In this document: in pieces, positions 52,388 to 64,000 of the stretch
Numbering within the stretch: the stretch's first letter is position 1
How the letters are laid out: each line of letters opens with the position of its first letter
Translations under genes and position numbers: made by a program
Notes under the pieces: generated by a model
Database searches by the model: none
Told to the model about the DNA's origin: nothing
The model's input: only the letters and a program-made list of their open reading frames with translations
Source of the DNA: Opitutales bacterium
GTDB taxonomy: Bacteria > Verrucomicrobiota > Verrucomicrobiia > Opitutales > UBA2987
Direction: 5' to 3'
Assembly: GCA_965226885.1 (NCBI GenBank)
Contig: CBDDEL010000010.1
Span: forward strand, 160,001 to 224,000
Length of the DNA stretch: 64,000 nt

Positions 52388-55300
52388 CCCGGATATTTCA
52401 TGAAGGGTAAAGTTTGGCTCGTTATTGCTATTGCTATTGGAGATGGATTTCTTTGTATTTTGAGCAGATCGTCTTGATTTTTAGGTGTTTTTCAGGGTGT
52501 AGAGACACTGCCCCCTTTCCCCCATTGGTTCGGTAGTGCCGGGGGCAGCACCAATGCACCCTTTAGGTTGGCACCAATCGGCGGGCCGCATGGTTGAAAA
52601 GACTGGCCCAAGGATAACTCTCACTTAGGTGAAAGTGAATCGTTCGGGTGTTGCGCACGATGACCGCTCCGATCTTGATTAATTTGAGCCGCAGGGTGTG
52701 GCATTGGGCCCGCGCCCACTTCGTCCCTTTTAAGGCTAACCCGGATATTTCGTAAAAAAAGTATCGTTGATATGCTTAACTGCTGATATACAGCAGGATA
52801 GATCAATAATTAAAGCAATATCAGCGATGACAAAAGGTAAACAATTAAAGCTACAGTTGACAAGGGTAAAAGGCCGCCGTGTGCGGGTTGATTTCAAGGG
52901 CGGAGAGGTTACTTTGGATGCCGGACTGCTTTTGATCCGGGAAGTGGATCGGCAGTTGGGCTTGACCGAACGAGCGGCCCGACAGTTAGTGGACAAACGG
53001 CAGAAGGGCAAAGTACGCCATGAGGTATTGGGGATGCTGCGGCAGCGCGTTTACGGGCTGGTGGCGGGCTATGAGGATTTGAACGACTTTGATACCCTGC
53101 GCCACGATCCATTGTTAGCAAACGGTAACGGGGCGCATTGAAACGTTGGCCAGCGCGCCGACTTTGTGTCGTTTTGAAAACGGGCAGGATCGGCGGGCGG
53201 CCTTTGCGGTAAACGAGCTGTTGGTCGAACAGTTCATGGGCTCCTTTGCCGAGGAACCCGAAGAGATCATCCTGGACTTTGACGCCACCGACAATCCGGT
53301 GCACGGGCTCCAGGAGGGACGTTTTTTCCACGGTTATTATGATCATTACTGTTTTCTGCCGCTATATGTTTTTTGCGGTGATCAGCTGCTGGTGGCCTAC
53401 CTGCGGCCGAGCAAGATCGATGCCAGCAAGCATGCCGGGGCCATCCTCAAATTGCTGGTTAAACGGATTCGCCAAAGCTGGCCCCGTACGCGGAGTATTT
53501 GGCGCGCCGACAGTGGATTTTGTCGAGACCGGATACTCTCTTGGTGCGACCGCAACGAAGTTAGTTACATCGTGGGGATGGCTCGCAATGCACGCTTGCA
53601 GCAAGACGCCCAGCAGTTGCAAAAGCAGGCCAAAGAATGGTTCGAACTAAGGGGTAAAAAACAACGGTTATTCCAGGACTTCGTCTATGCTGCCGATTCG
53701 TGGCGATGGCTGCGGTTGGTCATCCATAAAGCCGAACACACCGCACAGGGGTCCAACCCGCGCTTCGTGGTGACGAACCTGCCGGGCGATCCCCAGGAGC
53801 TTTACGACAAGGTATACTGTGGCCGCGGTGAAATGGAGAACCGAATCAAGGAACAGATGCAATTGTTCAGCGAGCGCACCAGCGCCCATCAATGGTGGGC
53901 CAATCAGTGGCGATTGCTCTTGTCGGCGCTGGCCTACACCTTGATGGAAGCCATGCGCCGGTTAGCCTTAAAAGGGACGAAGTGGGCGCGGGCCCAATGC
54001 CACACCCTGCGGCTCAAATTAATCAAGATCGGAGCGGTCATCGTGCGCAACACCCGAACGATTCACTTTCACCTAAGTGAGAGTTATCCTTGGGCCAGTC
54101 TTTTCAACCATGCGGCCCGCCGATTGGTGCCAACCTAAAGGGTGCATTGGTGCTGCCCCCGGCACTACCGAACCAATGGGGGAAAGGGGGCAGTGTCTCT
54201 ACACCCTGAAAAACACCTAAAAATCAAGACGATCTGCTCAAAATACAAAGAAATCCATCTCCAATAGCAATAACGAGCCAAACTCTACCCTTCATGAAAT
54301 ATCCGGGCTAACCGGCGCATGGCTTCCATCAAGGTGTAGGCCAGCGCCGACAAGAGCAATCGCCACTGATTGGCCCACCATTGATGGGCGCTGGTGCGCT
54401 CGCTGAACAATTGCATCTGTTCCTTGATTCGGTTCTCCATTTCACCGCGGCCACAGTATACCTTGTCGTAAAGCTCCTGGGGATCGCACGGCAGGTTCGT
54501 CACCACGAAGCGCGGGTTGGACCCCTGTGCGGTGTGTTCGGCTTTATGGATGACCAACCGCAGCCATCGCCACGAATCGGCAGCATAGACGAAGTCCTGG
54601 AATAACCGTTGTTTTTTACCCCTTAGTTCGAACCATTCTTTGGCCTGCTTTTGCAACTGCTGGGCGTCTTGCTGCAAGCGTGCATTGCGAGCCATCCCCA
54701 CGATGTAACTAACTTCGTTGCGGTCGCACCAAGAGAGTATCCGGTCTCGACAAAATCCACTGTCGGCGCGCCAAATAATCCGCGTACGGGGCCAGCTTTG
54801 GCGAATCCGTTTAACCAGCAATTTGAGGATGGCCCCGGCATGCTTGCTGGCATCGATCTTGCTCGGCCGCAGGTAGGCCACCAGCAGCTGATCACCGCAA
54901 AAAACATATAGCGGCAGAAAACAGTAATGATCATAATAACCGTGGAAAAAACGTCCCTCCTGGAGCCCGTGCACCGGATTGTCGGTGGCGTCAAAGTCCA
55001 GGATGATCTCTTCGGGTTCCTCGGCAAAGGAGCCCATGAACTGTTCGACCAACAGCTCGTTTACCGCAAAGGCCGCCCGCCGATCCTGCCCGTTTTCAAA
55101 ACGACACAAAGTCGGCGCGCTGGCCAACGTTTCAATGCGCCCCGTTACCGTTTGCTAACAATGGATCGTGGCGCAGGGTATCAAAGTCGTTCAAATCCTC
55201 ATAGCCCGCCACCAGCCCGTAAACGCGCTGCCGCAGCATCCCCAATACCTCATGGCGTACTTTGCCCTTCTGCCGTTTGTCCACTAACTGTCGGGCCGCT

Positions 55301-55533
55301 CGTTCGGTCAAGCCCAACTGCCGATCCACTTCCCGGATCAAAAGCAGTCCGGCATCCGAAGTAACCTCTCCGCCCTTGAAATCAACCCGCACACGGCGGC
55401 CTTTTACCCTTGTCAACTGTAGCTTTAATTGTTTACCTTTTGTCATCGCTGATATTGCTTTAATTATTGATCTATCCTGCTGTATATCAGCAGTTAAGCA
55501 TATCAACGATACTTTTTTTACGAAATATCCGGG
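52388..55533 (-). mobile_element. IS1380 (frameshift variant) split by another IS1380
   Basis: Right IR at 52388, left IR at 55533; inner TSD CTAA at 52736-39 / 54308-11. Confidence 0.92.
52740..54307 (+). mobile_element. IS1380 (frameshift variant) nested in opposite orientation
   Basis: Both IRs; CTAA TSD; same +A insertion as 17812-19379. Confidence 0.94.
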
Positions 55534-57181
55534 CTAACTTCGTTGCGGTCGCACCAAGAGAGTATCCGGTCTCGACAAAATCCACTGTCGGCGCGCCAAA
55601 TAATCCGCGTACGGGGCCAGCTTTGGCGAATCCGTTTAACCAGCAATTTGAGGATGGCCCCGGCATGCTTGCTGGCATCGATCTTGCTCGGCCGCAGGTA
55701 GGCCACCAGCAGCTGATCACCGCAAAAAACATATAGCGGCAGAAAACAGTAATGATCATAATAACCGTGGAAAAAACGTCCCTCCTGGAGCCCGTGCACC
55801 GGATTGTCGGTGGCGTCAAAGTCCAGGATGATCTCTTCGGGTTCCTCGGCAAAGGAGCCCATGAACTGTTCGACCAACAGCTCGTTTACCGCAAAGGCCG
55901 CCCGCCGATCCTGCCCGTTTTCAAAACGACACAAAGTCGGCGCGCTGGCCAACGTTTCAATGCGCCCCGTTACCGTTTGCAACAATGGATCGTGGCGCAG
56001 GGTATCAAAGTCGTTCAAATCCTCATAGCCCGCCACCAGCCCGTAAACGCGCTGCCGCAGCATCCCCAATACCTCATGGCGTACTTTGCCCTTCTGCCGT
56101 TTGTCCACTAACTGTCGGGCCGCTCGTTCGGTCAAGCCCAACTGCCGATCCACTTCCCGGATCAAAAGCAGTCCGGCATCCGAAGTAACCTCTCCGCCCT
56201 TGAAATCAACCCGCACACGGCGGCCTTTTACCCTTGTCAACTGTAGCTTTAATTGTTTACCTTTTGTCATCGCTGATATTGCTTTAATTATTGATCTATC
56301 CTGCTGTATATCAGCAGTTAAGCATATCAACGATACTTTTTTTACGAAATATCCGGGCTAACTTCGTTGCGGTCGCACCAAGAGAGTATCCGGTCTCGAC
56401 AAAATCCACTGTCGGCGCGCCAAATAATCCGCGTACGGGGCCAGCTTTGGCGAATCCGTTTAACCAGCAATTTGAGGATGGCCCCGGCATGCTTGCTGGC
56501 ATCGATCTTGCTCGGCCGCAGGTAGGCCACCAGCAGCTGATCACCGCAAAAAACATATAGCGGCAGAAAACAGTAATGATCATAATAACCGTGGAAAAAA
56601 CGTCCCTCCTGGAGCCCGTGCACCGGATTGTCGGTGGCGTCAAAGTCCAGGATGATCTCTTCGGGTTCCTCGGCAAAGGAGCCCATGAACTGTTCGACCA
56701 ACAGCTCGTTTACCGCAAAGGCCGCCCGCCGATCCTGCCCGTTTTCAAAACGACACAAAGTCGGCGCGCTGGCCAACGTTTCAATGCGCCCCGTTACCGT
56801 TTGCAACAATGGATCGTGGCGCAGGGTATCAAAGTCGTTCAAATCCTCATAGCCCGCCACCAGCCCGTAAACGCGCTGCCGCAGCATCCCCAATACCTCA
56901 TGGCGTACTTTGCCCTTCTGCCGTTTGTCCACTAACTGTCGGGCCGCTCGTTCGGTCAAGCCCAACTGCCGATCCACTTCCCGGATCAAAAGCAGTCCGG
57001 CATCCGAAGTAACCTCTCCGCCCTTGAAATCAACCCGCACACGGCGGCCTTTTACCCTTGTCAACTGTAGCTTTAATTGTTTACCTTTTGTCATCGCTGA
57101 TATTGCTTTAATTATTGATCTATCCTGCTGTATATCAGCAGTTAAGCATATCAACGATACTTTTTTTACGAAATATCCGGG
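55534..57181 (-). repeat. Two tandem 824-bp IS1380 left halves
   Basis: Units 55534-56357 and 56358-57181, each running from CTAACTTCG to the left IR; both lack the +A. Confidence 0.9.
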
Positions 57182-57465
57182 CTAACCGGGTTTCCGACCC
57201 CGACTGTGCCGGCATTGAGACTGAGTTGAGAAATGAACTCAAGTCCTGGCAGTCGGCCACCGGCGATCCATGGCCCCTATATCCATTGCCTGAAAAATTT
57301 GTGAAGAAGCTGCCGGGCGGGACCTGGGTCTCAGATTCGGCTTGAAACCATCCGTATCGACGGTGTACTGGATTTACATAATTTATGTTGAGGTTTTCGC
57401 AACTTAATGCATGGAATAATTGTTTAACCAACAATACGACGCGACGGCGAATTTTAAAATTTACC

Positions 57466-58794
57466 ATGCGGATATACCTTAAAAAACCCTTGTTGATCTT
57501 GACTGCATTGTGGGTGCTTTCGGTGGCTTCGGCCTTTATCGTCGGCCGGCAATTGGCATCCAGTTCCAACGCCGGTAATTCTCCCGCTCGCATTGTGAAA
57601 CCGGATGCTGGGAACAACAAGGTAACTTTCCACCAAGTCGAGGATGTGTATTCCGGCATCGTTGATAGTGAATATGCGGAGCCGGACCGGGACCAGGAAT
57701 ATGTTGACCCTCGTTCGGTCGTGCCCAGCTTGCAGGTCGCCATGAAAATAGCCGACCCGGTCAAACGGCTGCGTCTCATTACCTTGGCCCTTGAAGGGTT
57801 GGATTCGACCAATGTGCGGGAGGCGCTCGCCTTGTTTGAAAACCAGCCCGGCGGCGGTTTTAACCGTGTCCGCGATCTCAACCTCCTCATGTATTCCTGG
57901 GGTAATTTCGACGGCCCGGCGGCACTTGATTATGTAGTCAATGAAATGAGTGGCCAGGGTTCCCGCTTTGCCACCTACACCGCCATGAGCGGCTGGGCCG
58001 CCAACGATCCTCAAGGCGCCCTCGTCTGGACGGAGGAGAATGGCGCCGACGGCAGAACCGTTCTCGGTCTCATTTCCGGGTGGGCCTCCACCGATCTGGC
58101 GGGAGCCACCGATTACGTGGCCGGGCTTGCGGAAGGTTCGGAAAGGTCTCGCGCGGTTGGCATTTTGGTCGATAATTACCTGCAGGAAGGTCCTGATTAC
58201 GCAGTGGCCTGGGCCGAATCTCTCCCCGAGGGCGAATTGATGAGCGATGTCGTTAACAGGCTTTCTCGCGAGTGGACCAGGGTCGATCCCCAATCTTCCG
58301 CCCAGTGGGTTGCCGGTTACGCCGATACAGAGTTGGGAGAACGCGCCGTGCCGGCGGCGGCCTCGCAATGGGCCCGGGAAAACCCGGTGGACGCGGCCGC
58401 CTGGGCCATCTCTCTGCCGGAAGGCGAAGCAAAAGAAAAAGGATTGGCCGCGGTCGTCAATCGCTGGGCCAATTCCGACCCCAATGCGGCAGGGGAATGG
58501 CTCAACAGTCTGCCCGCCGAACCCTCCCTCGATCCCGCCGTTGATGCCTTTGCCCGCCGCATATCCGACGAAGACCCCCTCGGCGCGCTCAACTGGGCGG
58601 AATCGATCATCGACCCCGAACTACGCACCCAAAGCATCCAGAATGTCGGGCAGAAATGGTTTCGGCAGGACCCCGAGGCGGCCGGCCAATGGGTCGAAAG
58701 CAGCCAATTATCCGCCGAAGTGCAATCGGCCATAGTCAACCCGCTGCCGGAAAGTCGCTATGATCGCCGCAGGTTTTTCGACCGCGGACAGTAA
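57466..58794 (+). CDS. Membrane-anchored alpha-helical repeat protein (W..DP.AA..W repeats)
   Basis: N-terminal TM helix; repeats WAANDPQGALVW, WARENPVDAAAW, WANSDPNAAGEW, WFRQDPEAAGQW. Confidence 0.82.
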   Translation: MRIYLKKPLLILTALWVLSVASAFIVGRQLASSSNAGNSPARIVKPDAGNNKVTFHQVEDVYSGIVDSEYAEPDRDQEYVDPRSVVPSLQVAMKIADPVKRLRLITLALEGLDSTNVREALALFENQPGGGFNRVRDLNLLMYSWGNFDGPAALDYVVNEMSGQGSRFATYTAMSGWAANDPQGALVWTEENGADGRTVLGLISGWASTDLAGATDYVAGLAEGSERSRAVGILVDNYLQEGPDYAVAWAESLPEGELMSDVVNRLSREWTRVDPQSSAQWVAGYADTELGERAVPAAASQWARENPVDAAAWAISLPEGEAKEKGLAAVVNRWANSDPNAAGEWLNSLPAEPSLDPAVDAFARRISDEDPLGALNWAESIIDPELRTQSIQNVGQKWFRQDPEAAGQWVESSQLSAEVQSAIVNPLPESRYDRRRFFDRGQ

Positions 58795-58990
58795 AAAATT
58801 GGCGTCCAAAACGAGAGATTCGACCCGAAATAAGTCAATTTTGGGAAAACTAACGATTGTCTCTCTTGTCTTAAAAATATAGAGCAGGTCAAAGATCGAT
58901 ATATGCCGACTTGTTTAACGAAAGAAAACCCAACTACTATTCTATCCACAGGTCGTGACATATCATATGGCAAAAAAGGAAATGTAGCAT

Positions 58991-60481
58991 ATGGCATTTA
59001 AATACAACGAAGTTGTTCCATGGGGAAGGAATTTTGACGAATATACAAGAATGTTCGATTTGAATGAGACCGAATTAAAATCAAAAATATTAGGTTGTGG
59101 TGATGGACCTTCCAGTTTTAATTTTGAATGCAATAAACGAGGTGGGGATGTTGTATCCATTGATCCAATTTATAATTTGACGAAGGAAGAAATACAAAAA
59201 AGAATCAATGAAACTTACAAAATTGTCCTGAGGCAAACAGATAAAAATAAGGATAAATTTAAGGTAGTGTATAAAAAAAGAATGTTATTTTGTATTTTTA
59301 GCTGTACAAATAGCGTTAGGCAGTTTATTCTTAGTGCATGGTTACTAAAATTATTAATTGTCGGCACTGTGGAAGTGAAAATATCATTAAATTTGGCAAG
59401 ACGCCCAACCATAAACAGCGCTACCGCTGCCATGATTGTGGTAAACAAAGCCGCGAAAACCCCACAGTGAAATACACCGAAGAGCAAAAAGAAATGATCC
59501 TTCGAGTCTATCAGGAACGCAGCAGTCTACGCGGTTTACAGCGCGCCTTCGGGGTGAGTCCCAACACCGTTTTGAGTTGGTTAAAAAAAACGACAATCGC
59601 TGCGACCGCTCAAAAGCACGATTCTTGCGGCCCGCCGCCATGATGTCATTGAACTGGACGAACTGTGGTCTTTTGTGGGGCGCAAGAGCGATGCCCAATG
59701 GGTTTGGATCGCTCTTTGCCGACGCACCCGTCAAATCCTCTCCTATGCCATTGGGCCTCGGGATTGGTATCGTTGCCGGGAACTTTACGAGCGTCTGCCA
59801 CGGGCCTACAAAAGAAGTGCCACCTACAGCGACTTTTGGAGCACTTATGATGAAGTCTTTCCTCATAACCGATCCGTGGGAAAAGAAACCGGTGAAACGG
59901 CCCATGTGGAACGATGGAACAATACCCTGCGCCAACGACTGGGTCGTTTCACACGCAAAACCCTCTCCTTTTCCAAGCTTAAGAGTATGCATGAAACCTG
60001 TCTGAGACTTTTCATTCATCAATATAATCAAGAATTAGCCACCATTCCTACTTAATACACTACCAAATTTAATTGGAATGTAATTAAATCTATCGCTGAA
60101 CTCGGAGAGACTAGAATGAATGCAATGAATTCATTTCTAGATTCTTATGAACTAGGTAAAATCAGTAAAAAGTATATACCAACCTCAGTACTTGATTTAC
60201 CATTTGACGATAATGAATTTGATATCTCTTTAAGCTCACATTTTCTATTTTTATATACTGATAATTTACCTTATGAATTTCATCTGCATGCTATAAGGGA
60301 AATGTTACGAGTTTCCAGGGAAATTAGAATATTCCCACTATTGGACTTTAATGCTAACAAATCTAAATATGTTCAGAGAATAATCTCAGATTTTAAAGAT
60401 AATAAACCAGAAATTAGTAGAGTAGATTATGAATTTCAAATTGGTGGAAACAAACTATTAACAATGAAGTCATGGAACTAG
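58991..60481 (+). pseudogene. SAM-dependent methyltransferase interrupted by IS1-A
   Basis: VPWGRNFDEY...ILGCGDGPSSFN; removing the IS restores DKFNWNVIKS...LSSHFLFLY...YEFQIGGN; AT-rich. Confidence 0.88.
59263..60064 (+). mobile_element. IS1-family type A
   Basis: Both IRs; 8-bp TSD AAATTTAA. Confidence 0.95.
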
Positions 60482-60564
60482 GATTCCAGCAAACCCCCTT
60501 ATTGAAAATCAATCTTAATTCTTTAAATTTGCCTACCCACTGGGGCTGTCATTAATGACTTTAG

Positions 60565-62127
60565 CCCGGATATTTCGTAAAAAAAGTATCGTTGATATGC
60601 TTAACTGCTGATATACAGCAGGATAGATCAATAATTAAAGCAATATCAGCGATGACAAAAGGTAAACAATTAAAGCTACAGTTGACAAGGGTAAAAGGCC
60701 GCCGTGTGCGGGTTGATTTCAAGGGCGGAGAGGTTACTTCGGATGCCGGACTGCTTTTGATCCGGGAAGTGGATCGGCAGTTGGGCTTGACCGAACGAGC
60801 GGCCCGACAGTTAGTGGACAACCGGCAGAAGGGCAAAGTACGCCATGAGTGGGGATGCTGCGGCAGCGCGTTTACGGGCTGGTGGCGGGCTATGAGGATT
60901 TGAACGACTTTGATACCCTGCGCCACGAGCCATTGTTGCAAACGGTAACGGGGCGCATTGAAACGTTGGCCAGCGCGCCGACTTTGTGTCGTTTTGAAAA
61001 CGGGCAGGATCGGCGGGCGGCCTTTGCGGTAAACGAGCTGTTGGTCGAACAGTTCATGGGCTCCTTTGCCGAGGAACCCGAAGAGATCATCCTGGACTTT
61101 GACGCCACCGACAATCCGGTGCACGGGCTCCAGGAGGGACGTTTTTTCCACGGTTATTATGATCATTACTGTTTTCTGCCGCTATATGTTTTTTGCGGTG
61201 ATCAGCTGCTGGTGGCCTACCTGCGGCCGAGCAAGATCGATGCCAGCAAGCATGCCGGGGCCATCCTCAAATTGCTGGTTAAACGGATTCGCCAAAGCTG
61301 GCCCCGTACGCGGATTATTTGGCGCGCCGACAGTGGATTTTGTCGAGACCGGATACTCTCTTGGTGCGACCGCAACGAAGTTAGTTACATCGTGGGGATG
61401 GCTCGCAATGCACGCTTGCAGCAAGACGCCCAGCAGTTGCAAAAGCAGGCCAAAGAATGGTTCGAACTAAGGGGTAAAAAACAACGGTTATTCCAGGACT
61501 TCGTCTATGCTGCCGATTCGTGGCGATGGCTGCGGTTGGTCATCCATAAAGCCGAACACACCGCACAGGGGTCCAACCCGCGCTTCGTGGTGACGAACCT
61601 GCCGGGCGATCCCCAGGAGCTTTACGACAAGGTATACTGTGGCCGCGGTGAAATGGAGAACCGAATCAAGGAACAGATGCAATTGTTCAGCGAGCGCACC
61701 AGCGCCCATCAATGGTGGGCCAATCAGTGGCGATTGCTCTTGTCGGCGCTGGCCTACACCTTGATGGAAGCCATGCGCCGGTTAGCCTTAAAAGGGACGA
61801 AGTGGGCGCGGGCCCAATGCCACACCCTGCGGCTCAAATTAATCAAGATCGGAGCGGTCATCGTGCGCAACACCCGAACGATTCACTTTCACCTAAGTGA
61901 GAGTTATCCTTGGGCCAGTCTTTTCAACCATGCGGCCCGCCGATTGGTGCCAACCTAAAGGGTGCATTGGTGCTGCCCCCGGCACTACCGAACCAATGGG
62001 GGAAAGGGGGCAGTGTCTCTACACCCTGAAAAACACCTAAAAATCAAGACGATCTGCTCAAATTACAAAGAAATCCATCTCCAATAGCAATAACGAGCCA
62101 AACTTTACCCTTCATGAAATATCCGGG
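60565..62127 (+). mobile_element. IS1380 copy with a 4-bp deletion frameshift (1563 bp)
   Basis: CATGAGTGGGG instead of CATGAGGTATTGGGG at ~60849; flanks TTAG and CTAG do not match. Confidence 0.93.
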
Positions 62128-62674
62128 CTAGTGATGGGCAACAGTATCCACCGGGAACTCAACCAACATCACTGGATTGGGAAGATTCCCAAGGAGCCAC
62201 CAGTTACGATGTATACCTGGAACTAGATGATTCCGATCCAGATGTGTTAAGAGACACGGTAAGCTCCAGCAATTGGACTCTTAATCTCAGTTTATCTCCG
62301 GGTACCTGGTATTGGAAGGTTGTTGCAAAGAACAGCACGGGCTCCACAGAGGGTGATACTTGGAGCTTTACTATTGAGGAGCTAATTCCACCAGGTAATT
62401 TCGACAATGTAAGCCCTAGTGATGGGCAACAGTATCCACCGGGAACTCAACCAACATCACTGGATTGGGAAGATTCCCAAGGAGCCATCAGTTACGATGT
62501 TTACCTATATGCAGAGGTGACTATACCAGAACAGCAGCCCATTGCTACAGTCACTTCAAGCTTCTGGCAGCTCAATCTTAGTCTTTTATCGGGCACCTGG
62601 AACTGGAAAATAGTCGCCAAAAACAGCGCGGGTTCTACAGAAGGTGTTAATTGGAGCTTCATTATTCGGTATTC
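62128..62674 (+). pseudogene. Fragment of a surface protein with 96-aa fibronectin-III-like repeats
   Basis: 288-bp period (62128 vs 62416); LDWEDSQGAxSYDVYL...WxWKxVAKNSxGSTEG..WSF; bounded by IS ends on both sides. Confidence 0.8.
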
Positions 62675-63344
62675 GGTAGTGTTAACATGACGAATGTTTG
62701 ATATTGCTGTTGTATTCCCAGATGAACAAGCACAGGACGCGAAAATGCATGACCAAAGACTTCGAGAATGACAGCGTTTTACGCACATAGCGTGACAGAG
62801 ACTGTCGCAAGGTATTGTTCCAGCGTTCGATATGGGCGGTTTGGCCGGATTGTTTCCCGCTGGCGCTGTTGTGAGGGAAAACCTTGTCGTAGCTTTCCCA
62901 GTAATCGCTTACGGTGGCACAGTCGCGATAGGGTTGGGCGATGTTGTGATACAACTGCCGGCACGTTTGATCGCTACGATCACCCAGAGAAAACCCGACG
63001 ACCTGTCGGGTACGTCGGCACAAGGCTACCCATAGCCATACCTGTCCCGAACGCTTATCGCCCCAGAAGGACCACACCTCGTCCAGCTCCAGCACATCAT
63101 TACACTGGCGGGCAAGCAGTGTGGACTCCAGCTTCGGCAAACTCAGGACTTTTTTTTAATCCATTCGATGACCGTCTTTGGGGCTACCCCGAAGGTACGG
63201 TAAATGGCACGCAGGCTCATTCGGTTTTGGTGCGCACGGAGCACCTGCTTGACCAGCGCTGGGGGATGCTCACGGCTTTGGGGGTGAAGCCGAAACTGAT
63301 AACCACACCTCTTGCATCGATACTTCTGAACCCCTTTCGGATCC
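62675..63344 (-). mobile_element. IS1 type B (diverged variant) interrupted by IS1-A
   Basis: Right IR at 62675; insB 62682-63140; several substitutions relative to the other B copies. Confidence 0.92.
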
Positions 63345-64000
63345 GGTAGTGTATAAAAAAAGAATGTTATTTTGTATTTTTAGCTGTACAAATAGCGTTA
63401 GGTAGTTTATTCTTAGTGCATGGTTACTAAAATTATTAATTGTCGGCACTGTGGAAGTGAAAATATCATTAAATTTGGCAAGACGCCCAACCATAAACAG
63501 CGCTACCGCTGCCATGATTGTGGTAAACAAAGCCGCGAAAACCCCACAGTGAAATACACCGAAGAGCAAAAAGAAATGATCCTTCGAGTCTATCAGGAAC
63601 GCAGCAGTCTACGCGGTTTACAGCGCGCCTTCGGGGTGAGTCCCAACACCGTTTTGAGTTGGTTAAAAAAAACGACAATCGCTGCGACCGCTCAGAAGCA
63701 CGATTCTTGCGGCCCGCCGCCATGATGTCATTGAACTGGACGAACTGTGGTCTTTTGTGGGGCGCAAGAGCGATGCCCAATGGGTTTGGATCGCTCTTTG
63801 CCGACGCACCCGTCAAATCCTCTCCTATGCCATTGGGCCTCGGGATTGGTATCGTTGCCGGGAACTTTACGAGCGTCTGCCACGGGCCTACAAAAGAAGT
63901 GCCACCTACAGCGACTTTTGGAGCACTTATGATGAAGTCTTTCCTCATAACCGATCCGTGGGAAAAGAAACCGGTGAAACGGCCCATGTGGAACGATGGA
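63345..64000 (+). mobile_element. IS1 type A, runs off the right edge
   Basis: Left IR GGTAGTGTAT; insA 63420-63725. Confidence 0.93.

Larger units (their letters stand above)
51045..57345 (+). pseudogene. Sulfatase interrupted near its C-terminus by a 4.8-kb IS1380 nest
   Basis: PNIVLIISDQQR, CSPAR, GKWHLG, SDHG, ELYDLENDPQEMTN; the frame resumes RVSDPD... at 57186 after the CTAA duplication (52384-87 / 57182-85). Confidence 0.92.

Noticed and set aside
55518..57154. Two 270-aa truncated IS1380 ORFs as a separate gene family
   Set aside because: They are products of the 824-bp half-element repeats and lack the C-terminal catalytic region.
1..64000. tRNA, rRNA, CRISPR arrays, integron attC sites, TnpB/IscB or IS110 systems
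   Set aside because: None recognisable by eye. A covariance-model scan would be needed to exclude small RNAs.

Overview
Bacterial chromosomal window, probably Verrucomicrobiota (Opitutae-like SMC, a DPxAAxxW-repeat protein, ThuA/Gfo/sulfatase genes; taxonomy is inferred). About 33.6 kb of the 64 kb (~52%, summed from my element boundaries) is insertion-sequence DNA from seven near-clonal types: IS1380 (~10 copies or segments), two IS1-family types (A, 802 bp; B, 796 bp), IS21 (2 copies plus an old istB remnant), an IS5/ISNCY-like element (3 copies), IS3 and IS630. They are nested up to three deep, often with intact target-site duplications (TSDs). They have broken a sulfatase, two methyltransferases, DoxX, a GT2, an ABC permease, a primase-helicase, a secreted protein and an FN3-repeat protein. 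Intact genes include gpgS (partial at the edge), an M20-fold protein, a SufR-like regulator divergent from a sigma-70 paralogue, a serine hydrolase, lipid-modification genes, smc and a sugar catabolic cluster. Best leads: (1) the regulator + sigma pair is bracketed tightly by a 23-bp direct repeat that recurs inverted at 30.76 kb, like a cassette; (2) a full-length bacterial protein collinear with animal ANKH; (3) every IS1-A copy needs a +1 rather than the canonical -1 shift to make its transposase; (4) IS1380 inserts into two target sites inside itself, building a 4.8-kb nest and a possible 13.5-kb composite.
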